Source: an uncultured bacterium (GTDB taxonomy: Bacteria > Hydrothermota > UBA3073 > NMUJ01). From it: a DNA stretch of 32,182 nt. The position numbers were made by a program, and so were the translations under genes. The notes under the pieces were generated by a model. It was not told where the DNA came from and ran no database searches. It saw only the letters and a program-made list of their open reading frames with translations. How positions within the stretch are numbered: position 1 is the stretch's first letter; each line of letters starts with the position of its first letter. The stretch lies in assembly GCA_965612795.1 (NCBI GenBank), contig CBFDTI010000006.1, positions 1-32,182 of the forward strand, given 5' to 3'. Shown here piece by piece: positions 8,971-18,832 of this stretch.

Positions 8971-9344
8971 TTACGCTCTTTTATTTTGGCAGCTTTACCC
9001 TTCTTACCGCGTAGGTAGTAGAGTTTAGCACGTCGCACCTTACCCCGTTTTAATACCTGCAATTTCACAAGATTAGGTGAATACAGTGGGAATATGCGTT
9101 CCACACCATACCCATGTACAACCTTACGTACGGTGATGGTTCGCCTGATGCCTGCACCTTTGATCGCAATAACGACACCCTCAAATGGATGTATCTTCTC
9201 CTTGTCACCTTCGATCATCCGCATATAAACTCTTACGGTATCGCCGGGCCCAAACTCCTCTATCTCCTTACCCTTAGTAGCTTCCTGTAGCAACTCTTTT
9301 TCTATATCTTCCAACCTAATTCTTGGCGTCGCCGTCGCTTCCAT
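8967..9344 (-). CDS. rplS: 50S ribosomal protein L19
   Basis: [35 protein letters not shown]. Start reassigned to ATG 9344 (AAAGGA SD). Confidence 0.95.
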   Translation of the reverse strand: MEATATPRIRLEDIEKELLQEATKGKEIEEFGPGDTVRVYMRMIEGDKEKIHPFEGVVIAIKGAGIRRTITVRKVVHGYGVERIFPLYSPNLVKLQVLKRGKVRRAKLYYLRGKKGKAAKIKERK

Positions 9345-9988
9345 AGTTCTGTCCTTTCTTTCCTCTTTTCTTTCCTCCATTTTTCTATCCTCCCATGGTC
9401 TCCTGATAATAAAACTTCGGGTACCTTCCACCCCATGAACTCAACCGGCCTCGTATAATGGGGTGCATCCAGCAGCTCATCAACAAATGAATCCGTAAGC
9501 GCCGATTCTATATCACCTATCACACCTGGTAGCAATCTCACCAAACTATCAATTATCACCAGGGCGGCAGGTTCGCCCCCTGATAATACATAATCACCTA
9601 CAGATATCTCGTCATCCACCAGATGTTCACGTACACGTTCGTCCACCCCTTTGTAACGCCCACATATAATGATAATGTGTTCGCGGTTGAGATACTCCTT
9701 AACCACATCCTGTCGCCATAACCTACCCTGTGGTGACAATAATACACGCCAGGTTTTGGGTGTCGAAAGTGCCTCCAACGCCCGATATATGGGTTCGATA
9801 CGAAATATCATACCAGTACCGCCACCATAAGGGTAATCGTCCACTTTCTTGTGCTTATCCGTGGAGTAATCCCTTAGATTATGTACCTTTATCTCAACAA
9901 CCCCTTTATCAAGCGCTTTTTTAATATTCCCTACCCTGAAGGGGGATTCGAAGAATTCAGGGAAGATGGTGAGGATCTCTATCTTCAT
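9302..9988 (-). CDS. trmD: tRNA (m1G37) methyltransferase
   Basis: [45 protein letters not shown]. Confidence 0.97.
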   Translation of the reverse strand: MKIEILTIFPEFFESPFRVGNIKKALDKGVVEIKVHNLRDYSTDKHKKVDDYPYGGGTGMIFRIEPIYRALEALSTPKTWRVLLSPQGRLWRQDVVKEYLNREHIIIICGRYKGVDERVREHLVDDEISVGDYVLSGGEPAALVIIDSLVRLLPGVIGDIESALTDSFVDELLDAPHYTRPVEFMGWKVPEVLLSGDHGRIEKWRKEKRKERTELWKRRRRQELGWKI

Positions 9989-10224
9989 TACTCAATAATC
10001 TCAACCATCGCCCTCTTACCCTGTTTGAGGGCGGCAGCAGCTACTATCGAACGGATGGCACGCGCCATCCTACCTTCACGCCCTATTACCTTACCCAAAT
10101 CGGCCTTATCAACACGAAGCTCATATACGACAGTACGTTCGCCTTCTATCTCGGTGATGTTGACAGCATCTGGATAATCTACAAGGGCCTTAACGATCGC
10201 TGTTATCAGTTCCTTCACGTTCAT
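9988..10224 (-). CDS. khpA: KH-domain RNA-binding protein
   Basis: [25 protein letters not shown]; position downstream of rpsP. Confidence 0.93.
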   Translation of the reverse strand: MNVKELITAIVKALVDYPDAVNITEIEGERTVVYELRVDKADLGKVIGREGRMARAIRSIVAAAALKQGKRAMVEIIE

Positions 10225-10498
10225 CGTCGCCTCCTGTTTCTAATAGTTTCTCTTTCTCTTTCAAGCTACGCAAAACACGTTCATACAAACGTAAGACACG
10301 GTTAGTAGGTTGGGCACCCTTCTTTAGCCACTCCTTAAACCGGTCAACGTCAAGCTTCAACTCTTCCCCCCGTAGGGGGTCGTAATACCCCAGAATCTCT
10401 ATAAACTTACCATCACGGGGTGCACGTGCATCAGCCACTACTATACGGTAATGTGGGCGATTACGTTTACCCATACGCATTAAGCGGATCCTCACCAT
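10190..10498 (-). CDS. rpsP: 30S ribosomal protein S16
   Basis: [37 protein letters not shown]. Confidence 0.98.
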   Translation of the reverse strand: MVRIRLMRMGKRNRPHYRIVVADARAPRDGKFIEILGYYDPLRGEELKLDVDRFKEWLKKGAQPTNRVLRLYERVLRSLKEKEKLLETGGDDEREGTDNSDR

Positions 10499-10524
10499 CT
10501 TCCCTCCAAATAAGTTATATCAAT

Positions 10525-10551
10525 AAATTAAACAACTACTCTGCTTGTCAA
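10525..10551 (-). promoter_or_regulatory. Putative promoter of the rpsP operon
   Basis: TTGACA-N15-TAATTT, then GGAGGG SD. Confidence 0.55.
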
Positions 10552-10554
10552 CAA

Positions 10555-10628
10555 CGCGCCTGGGAGGACTCGAACCCCCAACCAGCGGATCCGTAATCCG
10601 CCGCTCTATCCAATTGAGCTACAGGCGC
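10555..10628 (-). tRNA. tRNA-Arg(ACG), CCA not encoded
   Basis: Acceptor stem GCGCCTG/CAGGCGC, D-arm AGCTCAATTGGATAGAGC, anticodon arm GCGGA-TTACGGA-TCCGC, T-arm GGGGGTTCGAGTCCTCC. Confidence 0.97.
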
Positions 10629-10629
10629 A

Positions 10630-11667
10630 TCACTTAAGGATTATCTCAATCCTTGCTGGTATACCATTTAAGCTTGCGTCTGCTATCTGTTGAGAGCGGT
10701 AACCAATACTTATAATTACTAATTCGTTAAGTGGTAAAGATAATCCAACTTCAAAATCCGTCAATATATCACCACCTATGAACACAACGTGTGGCTCACC
10801 GTAAAAATATAGGCGCTTGATTAGCGGTACACGTAGAAGTAGCCCAAGATCGAACCCCCAACTGGATTCACCTTCAAGGTAGTAACCGCGTGCACCGAGC
10901 TTACCGATCAGCTCATAATGCGGTAGAAACTGATATATAAGGTGGAACCCCACCTCCGACAGCCGTTGCGTAACATCAGGTGCCACAGTTTCGGTATATC
11001 CACGATACACGAAGCTGAGTCCACCCCGTGGTAACATGAACCACAACACCCGTAGAGCGATTGTAGGTATACTACTATCGTAACCCAATGTATGTTGATA
11101 CCCAAATGCCAAGTTTAACCTATTCTGTAGCTCAAGCTTACTTGCCCTACGTGGCTGATACCCATAATACGGGGGTGGCGGCAGGTAGTATGGATAGTAA
11201 TAGGGATAATAATGATAATGATACACGTAGTAGTAATGGTAATCACCCGGTACCTCCTCTGGGGGTGGTGTCTCGGGTTGCTTCGATTTTAGCTTTTTGA
11301 AGAAGTCACCAAGTTTACTCTTTTTCTCAGATTCCTGTTTGGTGGTATCCGAACCTTCCTCTCCTTCGGTGGCCACCTGTAAACTCTGTGTAGCCTGTAT
11401 TTCTGTCTGTGGTTGATAATCCACTTTATGGAACAGCTCAGTCACCTTACCTCTACGGGTTACTACGGTTGTGGCTTTCTGTTGGGTTTTGGTGAACTCT
11501 TTCTTTTTTGTAACTTCCTTAGAAGGGGTAGTCTTTTTCGAACCCACTTTTTCGACCTTCTCCACCTTCGTTTGCCCCTTTTTGGTATCGCTCTCTTTCT
11601 TTATCTCCTTAGCCATAACTGAACTACTCAAAAATATAACCAACAAGAAAGTGTTCCACCACTTCAT
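10630..11667 (-). CDS. Exported protein: Lys-rich linker, Tyr/His/Pro-rich segment, probable C-terminal beta-barrel
   Basis: Signal peptide MKWWNTFLLVIFLSSSVMA; DYHYYYVYHYHYYPYYYPYYLPPPPYYGY; alternating hydrophobic strands in the C-terminal half. Confidence 0.65.
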   Translation of the reverse strand: MKWWNTFLLVIFLSSSVMAKEIKKESDTKKGQTKVEKVEKVGSKKTTPSKEVTKKKEFTKTQQKATTVVTRRGKVTELFHKVDYQPQTEIQATQSLQVATEGEEGSDTTKQESEKKSKLGDFFKKLKSKQPETPPPEEVPGDYHYYYVYHYHYYPYYYPYYLPPPPYYGYQPRRASKLELQNRLNLAFGYQHTLGYDSSIPTIALRVLWFMLPRGGLSFVYRGYTETVAPDVTQRLSEVGFHLIYQFLPHYELIGKLGARGYYLEGESSWGFDLGLLLRVPLIKRLYFYGEPHVVFIGGDILTDFEVGLSLPLNELVIISIGYRSQQIADASLNGIPARIEIILK

Positions 11668-11685
11668 TTTACCCCCATCATTATA

Positions 11686-11712
11686 AACTTACTTAACTTC
11701 ATATGATGTCAA
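11686..11712 (-). promoter_or_regulatory. Putative promoter
   Basis: TTGACA-N15-TAAGTT; a TATAAT also lies at 21-nt spacing. Confidence 0.45.
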
Positions 11713-11748
11713 CATAATCTATCACGTATTTATCAACAGAACTGGCGG

Positions 11749-11775
11749 TTGACGATCGATTTGAACTTACATATT
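11749..11775 (+). promoter_or_regulatory. Putative leaderless promoter of the lipoprotein-rsmE operon
   Basis: TTGACG-N15-CATATT-N5-ATG (alternative reading N17-TATTAA); no SD. Confidence 0.45.
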
Positions 11776-11780
11776 AAAAT

Positions 11781-12179
11781 ATGAGGTTTCTGAAATTATT
11801 GACTTTATCTGCTGTTGTTTTATTATCATGTCTACCGATGCATGTAGCTGAACGTAAGAAATCACCGGAAGAGGTGGCTCAGCTCGCATTTGCTGCATTT
11901 CTGCGAAACGATTGGGATACGTTCCTAAAATACGTGGATACCTCCACATGGGATAATATAATATCAGACGAACTCGACCGCACCACTATTTACAAACAGC
12001 TATTACCCAAAGCGTTTCGTGACGCCAAGTCCGAGGTCGGCACGTATGGTGAATGGCGTATCGTACACTCCTCCATAACATCTGATACCAGTGCCACTGT
12101 CATAATAGCTACCGATAAAGGAAGGATTGACATACACCTGCGCAAGGTTGACAGCGACTGGAAAATAGTATTACCGTGA
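11781..12179 (+). CDS. Lipoprotein, NTF2-like (DUF4878-like)
   Basis: Lipobox LLSC; SPEEVAQ..F; SATV; LRKVDSDWKI. Confidence 0.7.
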   Translation: MRFLKLLTLSAVVLLSCLPMHVAERKKSPEEVAQLAFAAFLRNDWDTFLKYVDTSTWDNIISDELDRTTIYKQLLPKAFRDAKSEVGTYGEWRIVHSSITSDTSATVIIATDKGRIDIHLRKVDSDWKIVLP

Positions 12180-12907
12180 TGCCATACTTCTATATCCCCA
12201 AACCCAACATCAGGGGTGGGTTGGCGATATTCACCCCAGAGGAGAGTCACCACATACGTGACGTGTTACGTCATCGACAAGGTGACATAATCAAGGCAGT
12301 CGATGGTGAAGGTACCCTCTATGAAATAGAACTTATACGATGTGAGAAACGCAAACCAGTCGAAGGTAAAATAATAGCCAGCCAATACTTTGAAGACGAT
12401 CTCACTACACGGGTGACACTCGCCTGTGCTATACCGAAGAAAAACCGTATGGACATACTTGTTGAGAAAACCACAGAGATAGGGGTAGCGGAGATCATAC
12501 CAATGATAACAGAACGTACCGAAAACACACGTGCAAGGATAGCACGTTGGAACAAAATTGCCATCAACGCCATCAAGCAAGCTCGTAGGTTCCACCTGCC
12601 AGTTATCCGCAAGGCACATAGGTTCGATGAGGTGCTGGATATGCTTGACGCTTATGATATCGGTGTGATAGCTGCCACCACCGGCGAAAGATACAGGTTA
12701 CGCGATGTGTTACAGAATAAACATAAGATACTGGCACTTGTAGGGCCAGAAGGTGACTTTACAAAAGATGAATTAGAGTTATCTATTAAGAAAGGGTTTA
12801 TCCCTGTAAGCTTAGGACGTTACGTTCTACGCACAGAAACGGCAGGTATTGTGATTGTAGCAACAATATTATATGAATTAAATGAAATCCAAAAAGGAGG
12901 CACATGA
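12176..12907 (+). CDS. rsmE: 16S rRNA m3U1498 methyltransferase
   Basis: HHIRDVLR, EKTTEIGV, KQARR, VGPEGDF, LGRYVLRTETA. Confidence 0.96.
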   Translation: MMPYFYIPKPNIRGGLAIFTPEESHHIRDVLRHRQGDIIKAVDGEGTLYEIELIRCEKRKPVEGKIIASQYFEDDLTTRVTLACAIPKKNRMDILVEKTTEIGVAEIIPMITERTENTRARIARWNKIAINAIKQARRFHLPVIRKAHRFDEVLDMLDAYDIGVIAATTGERYRLRDVLQNKHKILALVGPEGDFTKDELELSIKKGFIPVSLGRYVLRTETAGIVIVATILYELNEIQKGGT

Positions 12908-13104
12908 TACGAGTAGAAGCGCAACCGGGTGAGAGTTTTGAGTCCCTTTTTCGTCGATTTAAGCGCATCATAGAGAGGGACCGCATACTTTCAGAGTATA
13001 AGAAACATCAGGTATATGAGAAACCCAGCGAGATAAGAAGAAAGATCAAACTTAAGAAAGAGTGGGAACGCAAGAAGGCACGCCTCGCCAGCAAAAAGCC
13101 GTAA
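12904..13104 (+). CDS. rpsU: 30S ribosomal protein S21
   Basis: ESFESLFRRFKR, YEKPS; AAGGAGG SD. Confidence 0.95.
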   Translation: MIRVEAQPGESFESLFRRFKRIIERDRILSEYKKHQVYEKPSEIRRKIKLKKEWERKKARLASKKP

Positions 13105-15383
13105 TGCCACGCCCTGTCGAGGAGATCCTCGAATTTGACAAGATCAAATCCAAACTACGCAGTTTATGTGTCACCCATAAAGGTAAGCAGCTGGTGGACG
13201 AACTTTCTCCACTTCAAGATAAACCGTCCATTGAGTATCGGTTGAACTTCACCCGCGAGGTGATGGAATGGCGTCACCAACATGGCGAGTTACCGATACC
13301 ACAGGATGAGGAGGTACTTAAGTTGTTACAATTATTGGATAAAGGTGACCCCCCTCCGGTTGAGCAGTTACTGGCATTCGTGAGCTGGGCTGATAGTATC
13401 AGCGAGCTCAAACGCTTATTCACCAAGGAGTTTCCGCTACTATACGAGTTCAGCACCAGCATACTACCGGTGGATGTACCTGCAAACAAGATACGTCAAC
13501 ATGTTGACGAGAACGGTATCAAACCTTCTTCGTCACCAAAACTTATGTCAATATTGCGTCGCATACGTGAGCTCGAGGAAGCCATCCGCTACAAGTTAAG
13601 TGATTACCTGCAACTACCCTATCTACAGGAACCCATAATCGTGCAGCGTTTAGGACGCTACGTGATACCGGTGAAGATGGGTACACAGAGCAAAATAAAG
13701 GGTATCACCATAGCGCTGTCAGCTACCGAACACACCGCATTCGTTGAACCCATGGATGTACTGCATTTAAATAATGAGTTGCTCGAACTCCAAAAGGAGA
13801 AAGAGGTTGAAGAGCTTCGAATTATATTGGAGATCATGGACCAGTTACGTGCAAACCGTCTACCTATAGAGCATGACCTCATACTCGTAGGTAAGCTGGA
13901 CCTCACCAACGCCAAGGCCGGGTTAGCGCTTGAAATAGATGCCCGCATACCGAAGGTAGTTGAGCCCGGCAACCCACTCATAATGCGTGAAGCACGTCAT
14001 CCATTGCTCATCTATCAGAAGGAAGTTGTACCGTTGGATATCGAGGTAGGTAAAGACTTCACGTTATTGCTTATCACAGGCCCCAACATGGGCGGTAAAA
14101 CTGTAGCCCTGAAGACGGTCGGCTTAATATCATTAATGGTACTCTCTGGTATACCAGCACCGTTGAGTGAGGACAGTGAAATACCAATCTGGGATAGAAT
14201 ATTTGTCGACATAGGTGAAGAGTTACCAGTAGGTTATGATCTATCGACATCATCTGCTCACATAGAGGGGCTCAAAACCATATATCGGGAGGCTACATCC
14301 AGATCGCTTGCACTCATCGACGAGATTGGCCGCGGTACCGATCCCGAAGAGGGTAGTGCGCTGGGTTTCGCATTCATGGAGCGCTTCGTAGCAAAGGGTA
14401 TCAAAACATTGGTCACCACCCACTACTCTAGGCTGAAGGTATGGGTAGCGAACGCCGACGGTATGGAGAACGGTGCTATGGGCTTCAGGGATGGTGTACC
14501 CACGTATCGGTTGACCATAGGTATAGCAAGCAGCTCGTATGGGTTAGAGCTTGCAAACCGCTTACACGTACCTGATATTATTCTCAAACGCGCATACTCG
14601 TTGATGGACCCGAAGACTGTGCGATTAGATCAGCTACTACGTACGTTGGAGGAGCAACGCACGTACTGGGAGATGAAACACCGTGAACTACTCGAGAAAG
14701 AGGCAACATTAAAATCGAAGGAGGCCACCCTTTCCATCAGAGAGGAGAAAGCACGTAACATCCTTCGTGAGGCTGCCAAAATAAAACGTGAGGCACTACT
14801 CGAAGGGCGTGCCATAATCGAAAACCTCATCCGTGAGATACGTGAACATCAAGCCAGCAAAGAATCTATCCGCAAGGTAAAATCTACAATCCACAAACTA
14901 CTAGAACCCGCAGCAGAGGACGAACCCGTCCATCCACATACGCTAAACAAAGGCGATAAAGTATTGGTGAAGACACTCGGTATCTACGGTAAAGTTGAGG
15001 ATATCAAAGATGATGAAGCCATCGTACGTGTAAACAATGTCACGTTTAGGTTGAAACTTGCGTACCTGGAGAAAGTCGACATCCATGAGGTGGAGCAACC
15101 CAAAGTGAAGCTAAAATTCAGCCACAAACGCGATTTACCACCGGTGTTGGACTTACATGGGGTTACACGTGAGGAAGCACTGAGACGGCTCGACAAGTAT
15201 ATCGATGATGCACAACTGTTGGGTGTGGAGGTGTTCAAAATATCGCACGGTATAGGTAAAGGTATACTATTAACCGCCATAAGGGAAAGATTAGCAAAAG
15301 ATCCACGGGTGGCAAGCTTTGCACCCGGGGCACCCGCCGAAGGAGGTGATGGTGTAACATGGGTTTACCTAAAACCTGCTTAG
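13104..15383 (+). CDS. mutS2: MutS2 (ATPase, coiled coil, KOW, Smr)
   Basis: LEFDKI, ARHPLL, ITGPNMGGKT, DEIGRGTDPEEG, TTHY, LDLHG, HGIGKG. Start reassigned to ATG 13104, overlapping the rpsU stop. Confidence 0.95.
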   Translation: MPRPVEEILEFDKIKSKLRSLCVTHKGKQLVDELSPLQDKPSIEYRLNFTREVMEWRHQHGELPIPQDEEVLKLLQLLDKGDPPPVEQLLAFVSWADSISELKRLFTKEFPLLYEFSTSILPVDVPANKIRQHVDENGIKPSSSPKLMSILRRIRELEEAIRYKLSDYLQLPYLQEPIIVQRLGRYVIPVKMGTQSKIKGITIALSATEHTAFVEPMDVLHLNNELLELQKEKEVEELRIILEIMDQLRANRLPIEHDLILVGKLDLTNAKAGLALEIDARIPKVVEPGNPLIMREARHPLLIYQKEVVPLDIEVGKDFTLLLITGPNMGGKTVALKTVGLISLMVLSGIPAPLSEDSEIPIWDRIFVDIGEELPVGYDLSTSSAHIEGLKTIYREATSRSLALIDEIGRGTDPEEGSALGFAFMERFVAKGIKTLVTTHYSRLKVWVANADGMENGAMGFRDGVPTYRLTIGIASSSYGLELANRLHVPDIILKRAYSLMDPKTVRLDQLLRTLEEQRTYWEMKHRELLEKEATLKSKEATLSIREEKARNILREAAKIKREALLEGRAIIENLIREIREHQASKESIRKVKSTIHKLLEPAAEDEPVHPHTLNKGDKVLVKTLGIYGKVEDIKDDEAIVRVNNVTFRLKLAYLEKVDIHEVEQPKVKLKFSHKRDLPPVLDLHGVTREEALRRLDKYIDDAQLLGVEVFKISHGIGKGILLTAIRERLAKDPRVASFAPGAPAEGGDGVTWVYLKPA

Positions 15384-15392
15384 GAGGGTATA

Positions 15393-16952
15393 ATGATGTG
15401 GCGTAAACAGGTAGTAACACCGGACGAGATGCGTAAGCTGGATAGCTGGGCAATTAATGAGTTAGGCATACCCGGTATCGTATTAATGGAAAACGCTGCA
15501 CGTGGTACAGCAAACTTAATAGCAGAGAGGTACCCACCACCCAAGAAAATAGCGATATTTGTTGGTAGAGGTAACAACGGAGGTGATGGGCTTGCAGTTG
15601 GACGGTGGCTTAAAGCCATGGGTTACGAAGTCGACATATTCGCATTCTCAATGGATCTCAGAGGTGATGCACTCACCAACCTCAACATCCTACGTCAGCT
15701 GCGGTTTGATATAAAGCTTATCGAGTCAGCTGACGCTGTACCATGGCAGAAAGGTTGGGATATAATAGTAGATGCAATTTTCGGTACAGGATTTAAGGGG
15801 CAGTTAGCTCCGCTATTTCGTGAGGTGATCGCAAGGATAAACGCACATCCCGCACATAAGGTTGCAATCGATATACCATCGGGAGTGGATGCATCCACCG
15901 GCGAGGTAGCAGACATTGCAGTAAGAGCTGACCTCACATGTACGATGGGGTTAGCTAAGGTGGGGTTCTTCTTCCCTCCCGCTATCGACTACGTAGGTGA
16001 ACTTAAGGTGATCGACCTCGGTGTGATGTTCGAAGATATAGCCGATGTACATATTGTTGACCGTGAAGTAATCGCCAACCTGCTACCCAACCGCCCCGTT
16101 TGGGGACATAAAGGTACATTTGGTAAAGTGTTAGTAATCGCAGGGTCGCCGGGATTCACTGGTGCGGCAACACTCGCAAGCTTATCCGCACTTAAAATAG
16201 GTGCTGGCCTCGTGTATCTAGCTATACCCAGAAGTTTAAACCCCATCTTAGAGGTTAAAGCTACGGAGGTGGTAACCGTACCGCTGCCAGAGACTGAGGA
16301 TATGCTACTCAGTGTAGATGCATGTGATATGTTACTCAATATGTTGGACAACATGGACGCATTGGTCATAGGACCAGGCCTAGGTAGGTCGCACACATTA
16401 CGTGAGTTGATACTCAAAATTATAGATCACAACGAACATGTACCTATGCTCATAGATGCGGATGGGTTGAATAACCTCAGCTGGCAAGACATCACACGTA
16501 TTAAAGCGCCTTTCGTGGTGACCCCACATCCAGGCGAATTGTCACGTCTGATCAACAAAGAAGTCGATGAGATACTGAAAGCTCCGCTTAATCTCACACG
16601 TGAGCTATCACGTGAGATAACGGGTGTGCTAGTATTGAAAGGTGCACCTACACTTATCGCGCACCAAGGTAAGGTATACATCAATCCAGTTTATGATTCG
16701 GCGCTCGCCACCGCAGGTAGTGGCGACGTATTGAGTGGCATAATAGGTGGCCTTATGGGTATGGGTGTAAACGTGCCCGATGCTGCACTATTGGGTGTGT
16801 ATATACATGGGGAAGCTGGCAGGATAGCCGGTAGCAAGCTTACCCCATATAGTGTAATAGCTGGCGATATTATGGCCAACATACATGTGGTGGTGGACCA
16901 CATCATTCAGGGAGGTATAGATGGTGGAATTATTAGAAGAGGTACGCAGTAA
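15393..16952 (+). CDS. nnr: Bifunctional NAD(P)H-hydrate epimerase/dehydratase
   Basis: LMENA, GNNGGDG, DAIFGTG, DIPSG, HKGTFG, DADGLN, TPHPGE, ATAGSGDVL. Confidence 0.96.
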   Translation: MMWRKQVVTPDEMRKLDSWAINELGIPGIVLMENAARGTANLIAERYPPPKKIAIFVGRGNNGGDGLAVGRWLKAMGYEVDIFAFSMDLRGDALTNLNILRQLRFDIKLIESADAVPWQKGWDIIVDAIFGTGFKGQLAPLFREVIARINAHPAHKVAIDIPSGVDASTGEVADIAVRADLTCTMGLAKVGFFFPPAIDYVGELKVIDLGVMFEDIADVHIVDREVIANLLPNRPVWGHKGTFGKVLVIAGSPGFTGAATLASLSALKIGAGLVYLAIPRSLNPILEVKATEVVTVPLPETEDMLLSVDACDMLLNMLDNMDALVIGPGLGRSHTLRELILKIIDHNEHVPMLIDADGLNNLSWQDITRIKAPFVVTPHPGELSRLINKEVDEILKAPLNLTRELSREITGVLVLKGAPTLIAHQGKVYINPVYDSALATAGSGDVLSGIIGGLMGMGVNVPDAALLGVYIHGEAGRIAGSKLTPYSVIAGDIMANIHVVVDHIIQGGIDGGIIRRGTQ

Positions 16953-18219
16953 AGGGGTAAAGTTTATCCAGCTATGGTTTGTGGACTTACCCGGTATCCT
17001 GAAAAGTGTCACGATACCGGTGACCCAACTAAAACGTGCGCTGGAAGATGGTATAACGTTTGATGGTTCCTCAATAGAGGGGTTCACCAGGATACACGAA
17101 AGCGATATGGTACTACGTGCGATACCGGAGACGTTCACAATATTGCCGTGGAACCCACAAGCTGGTAGGATGTTTGCACAGGTGTTGAAACCTGACGGTA
17201 CACCCTATGAGGGTGATCCAAGAAACATACTCAAACGTAACCTAGACGAGGCAAAATCGATGGGTTTCACGTTCTATATAGGGCCGGAGATTGAATATTT
17301 CTATTTCAAATCACAAAGTGTACCTGAGGTGTTAGATCATGGTGGCTATTTCGATAATACGCCACCAGATATCGGTGAACGCATCCGTATGCGTACGGTG
17401 GAGACACTCAAAGCGATGGGTATCGAAGTGGAAGCCACTCATCATGAGGTAGCACCCAGCCAGCACGAGATCGACCTCGTCTATGCAGAGGCGATGGAGA
17501 TGGCGGATCGCATCATAACCACAAAGTATGTGATTAAAGAGATTGCACAGGAAGAGGGTTATTACGCATCGTTTATGCCCAAACCGCTGTTCGGTCAAAA
17601 TGGCAGCGGTATGCATCTACACTTTTCGTTATTTAGAGGTAACGAAAATGCATTCTATGAAGCTGACGGCAACCTGTCAGAGATAGGTAAGAAGTTTATT
17701 GCAGGCTTGTTGCAGCATATCAAGGAGATAACATTGATACTTAACCAGTGGGAGAACTCCTACAAACGGTTGGTACCCGGTTATGAAGCACCGGTTTACA
17801 TATCATGGGCAAGAAAGAACCGATCCACCCTTATAAGGGTGCCACACTATTCACAATATCGTAAAGAAGCGGCACGTGCAGAATTGCGTAGCCCAGATCC
17901 AGCCACTAACCCATACTTGGCGTTTGCAGCCATCCTACAGGCAGGGCTTGAAGGCATACGTAAAGGCTATGAATTACCACCTCCTATAGAGGCGAACATC
18001 TACGAGATGAGCATAGACGAACGTAAAGCCGCTGGAATAGAGGATCTACCGGGTAGCCTCGGTGAAGCCATATACTATGCGGAAAGGTCGGAACTTTTGC
18101 GACGTACGTTGGGTGAGGAAACCTTCATCAAATACATAAGGAACCGCAGAATGCTATGGGAGACCTATCGTGCACGTATCAACCAATATGAGATAGAAAA
18201 GTACTTACCGATACTTTAG
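16921..18219 (+). CDS. glnA: Glutamine synthetase type I
   Basis: FDGSSIEGF, GPEIEYF, HHEVAPSQHEI, FMPKP, GSGMHLHFSL, RLVPGYEAP, ELRSPD. Confidence 0.93.
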   Translation: MVELLEEVRSKGVKFIQLWFVDLPGILKSVTIPVTQLKRALEDGITFDGSSIEGFTRIHESDMVLRAIPETFTILPWNPQAGRMFAQVLKPDGTPYEGDPRNILKRNLDEAKSMGFTFYIGPEIEYFYFKSQSVPEVLDHGGYFDNTPPDIGERIRMRTVETLKAMGIEVEATHHEVAPSQHEIDLVYAEAMEMADRIITTKYVIKEIAQEEGYYASFMPKPLFGQNGSGMHLHFSLFRGNENAFYEADGNLSEIGKKFIAGLLQHIKEITLILNQWENSYKRLVPGYEAPVYISWARKNRSTLIRVPHYSQYRKEAARAELRSPDPATNPYLAFAAILQAGLEGIRKGYELPPPIEANIYEMSIDERKAAGIEDLPGSLGEAIYYAERSELLRRTLGEETFIKYIRNRRMLWETYRARINQYEIEKYLPIL

Positions 18220-18220
18220 G

Positions 18221-18832
18221 ATGGAGATTAAAAAGATCAAAGAACATAATGGCTATTACAAAGTGCTTCTAACCAATGGCGAGGAGATGAAACTATTACC
18301 CGAGGTGGTAAGGAAATACGACTTAGCCGAGGGTAAAGAGATAACACCTGAACTGTTATCCGAAATAAAGCGTAGCGAGCTGTACGAAGAGGCACGTCGC
18401 TATCTGTTACGTATATTTGAGTACCGACCTTACACCGAGAGCGAGGTGAAACATAAACTCGAAAGGCGTGGCATCGACCCCGAAATCATAAAACAGTTGA
18501 TAACGCAGTTCAAGCAGTCCGGGCTCATAGATGATTATAAGTTTGCAAAGGATTGGATAGAAACACGTGGGTTTAGGTTTGGTGTGTATCGATTACGCAG
18601 TGAGCTGCTACGTAAGGGGGTGGCACCTGAAATCATAGACAAGGCATTGACGGATGCGGAGATACCCGACCCTTACGAGTTGGCGCGTCGGCTCGCTATG
18701 AGGAGGTTAAAACAGCTACCGGCATCGTTACCAACTGATAAGAAAGCACGTAGGTTGATGGCATTCCTTGCACGTAGGGGGATAAATTATGAAACCATAG
18801 TTGAGGTGATCAAAGAGGTGCTAAGCAAATGA
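18221..18832 (+). CDS. recX: Regulatory protein RecX
   Basis: TESEVKHKL, GLIDD..FA, LRSELLRKGV, FLARRG. Confidence 0.9.
   Translation: MEIKKIKEHNGYYKVLLTNGEEMKLLPEVVRKYDLAEGKEITPELLSEIKRSELYEEARRYLLRIFEYRPYTESEVKHKLERRGIDPEIIKQLITQFKQSGLIDDYKFAKDWIETRGFRFGVYRLRSELLRKGVAPEIIDKALTDAEIPDPYELARRLAMRRLKQLPASLPTDKKARRLMAFLARRGINYETIVEVIKEVLSK

Noticed and set aside
9345..9431. N-terminal extensions in the ORF track for rplS, mutS2 (13062), the GYD-like gene (22642) and the Wzi-like gene (30519)
   Set aside because: They overlap upstream genes or promoters; downstream starts have an SD or stop-start coupling.
8212..16952. Alternative genetic code as an explanation for long gene overlaps
   Set aside because: TAA, TAG and TGA all end conserved genes at expected positions, and conserved proteins have no internal stops.
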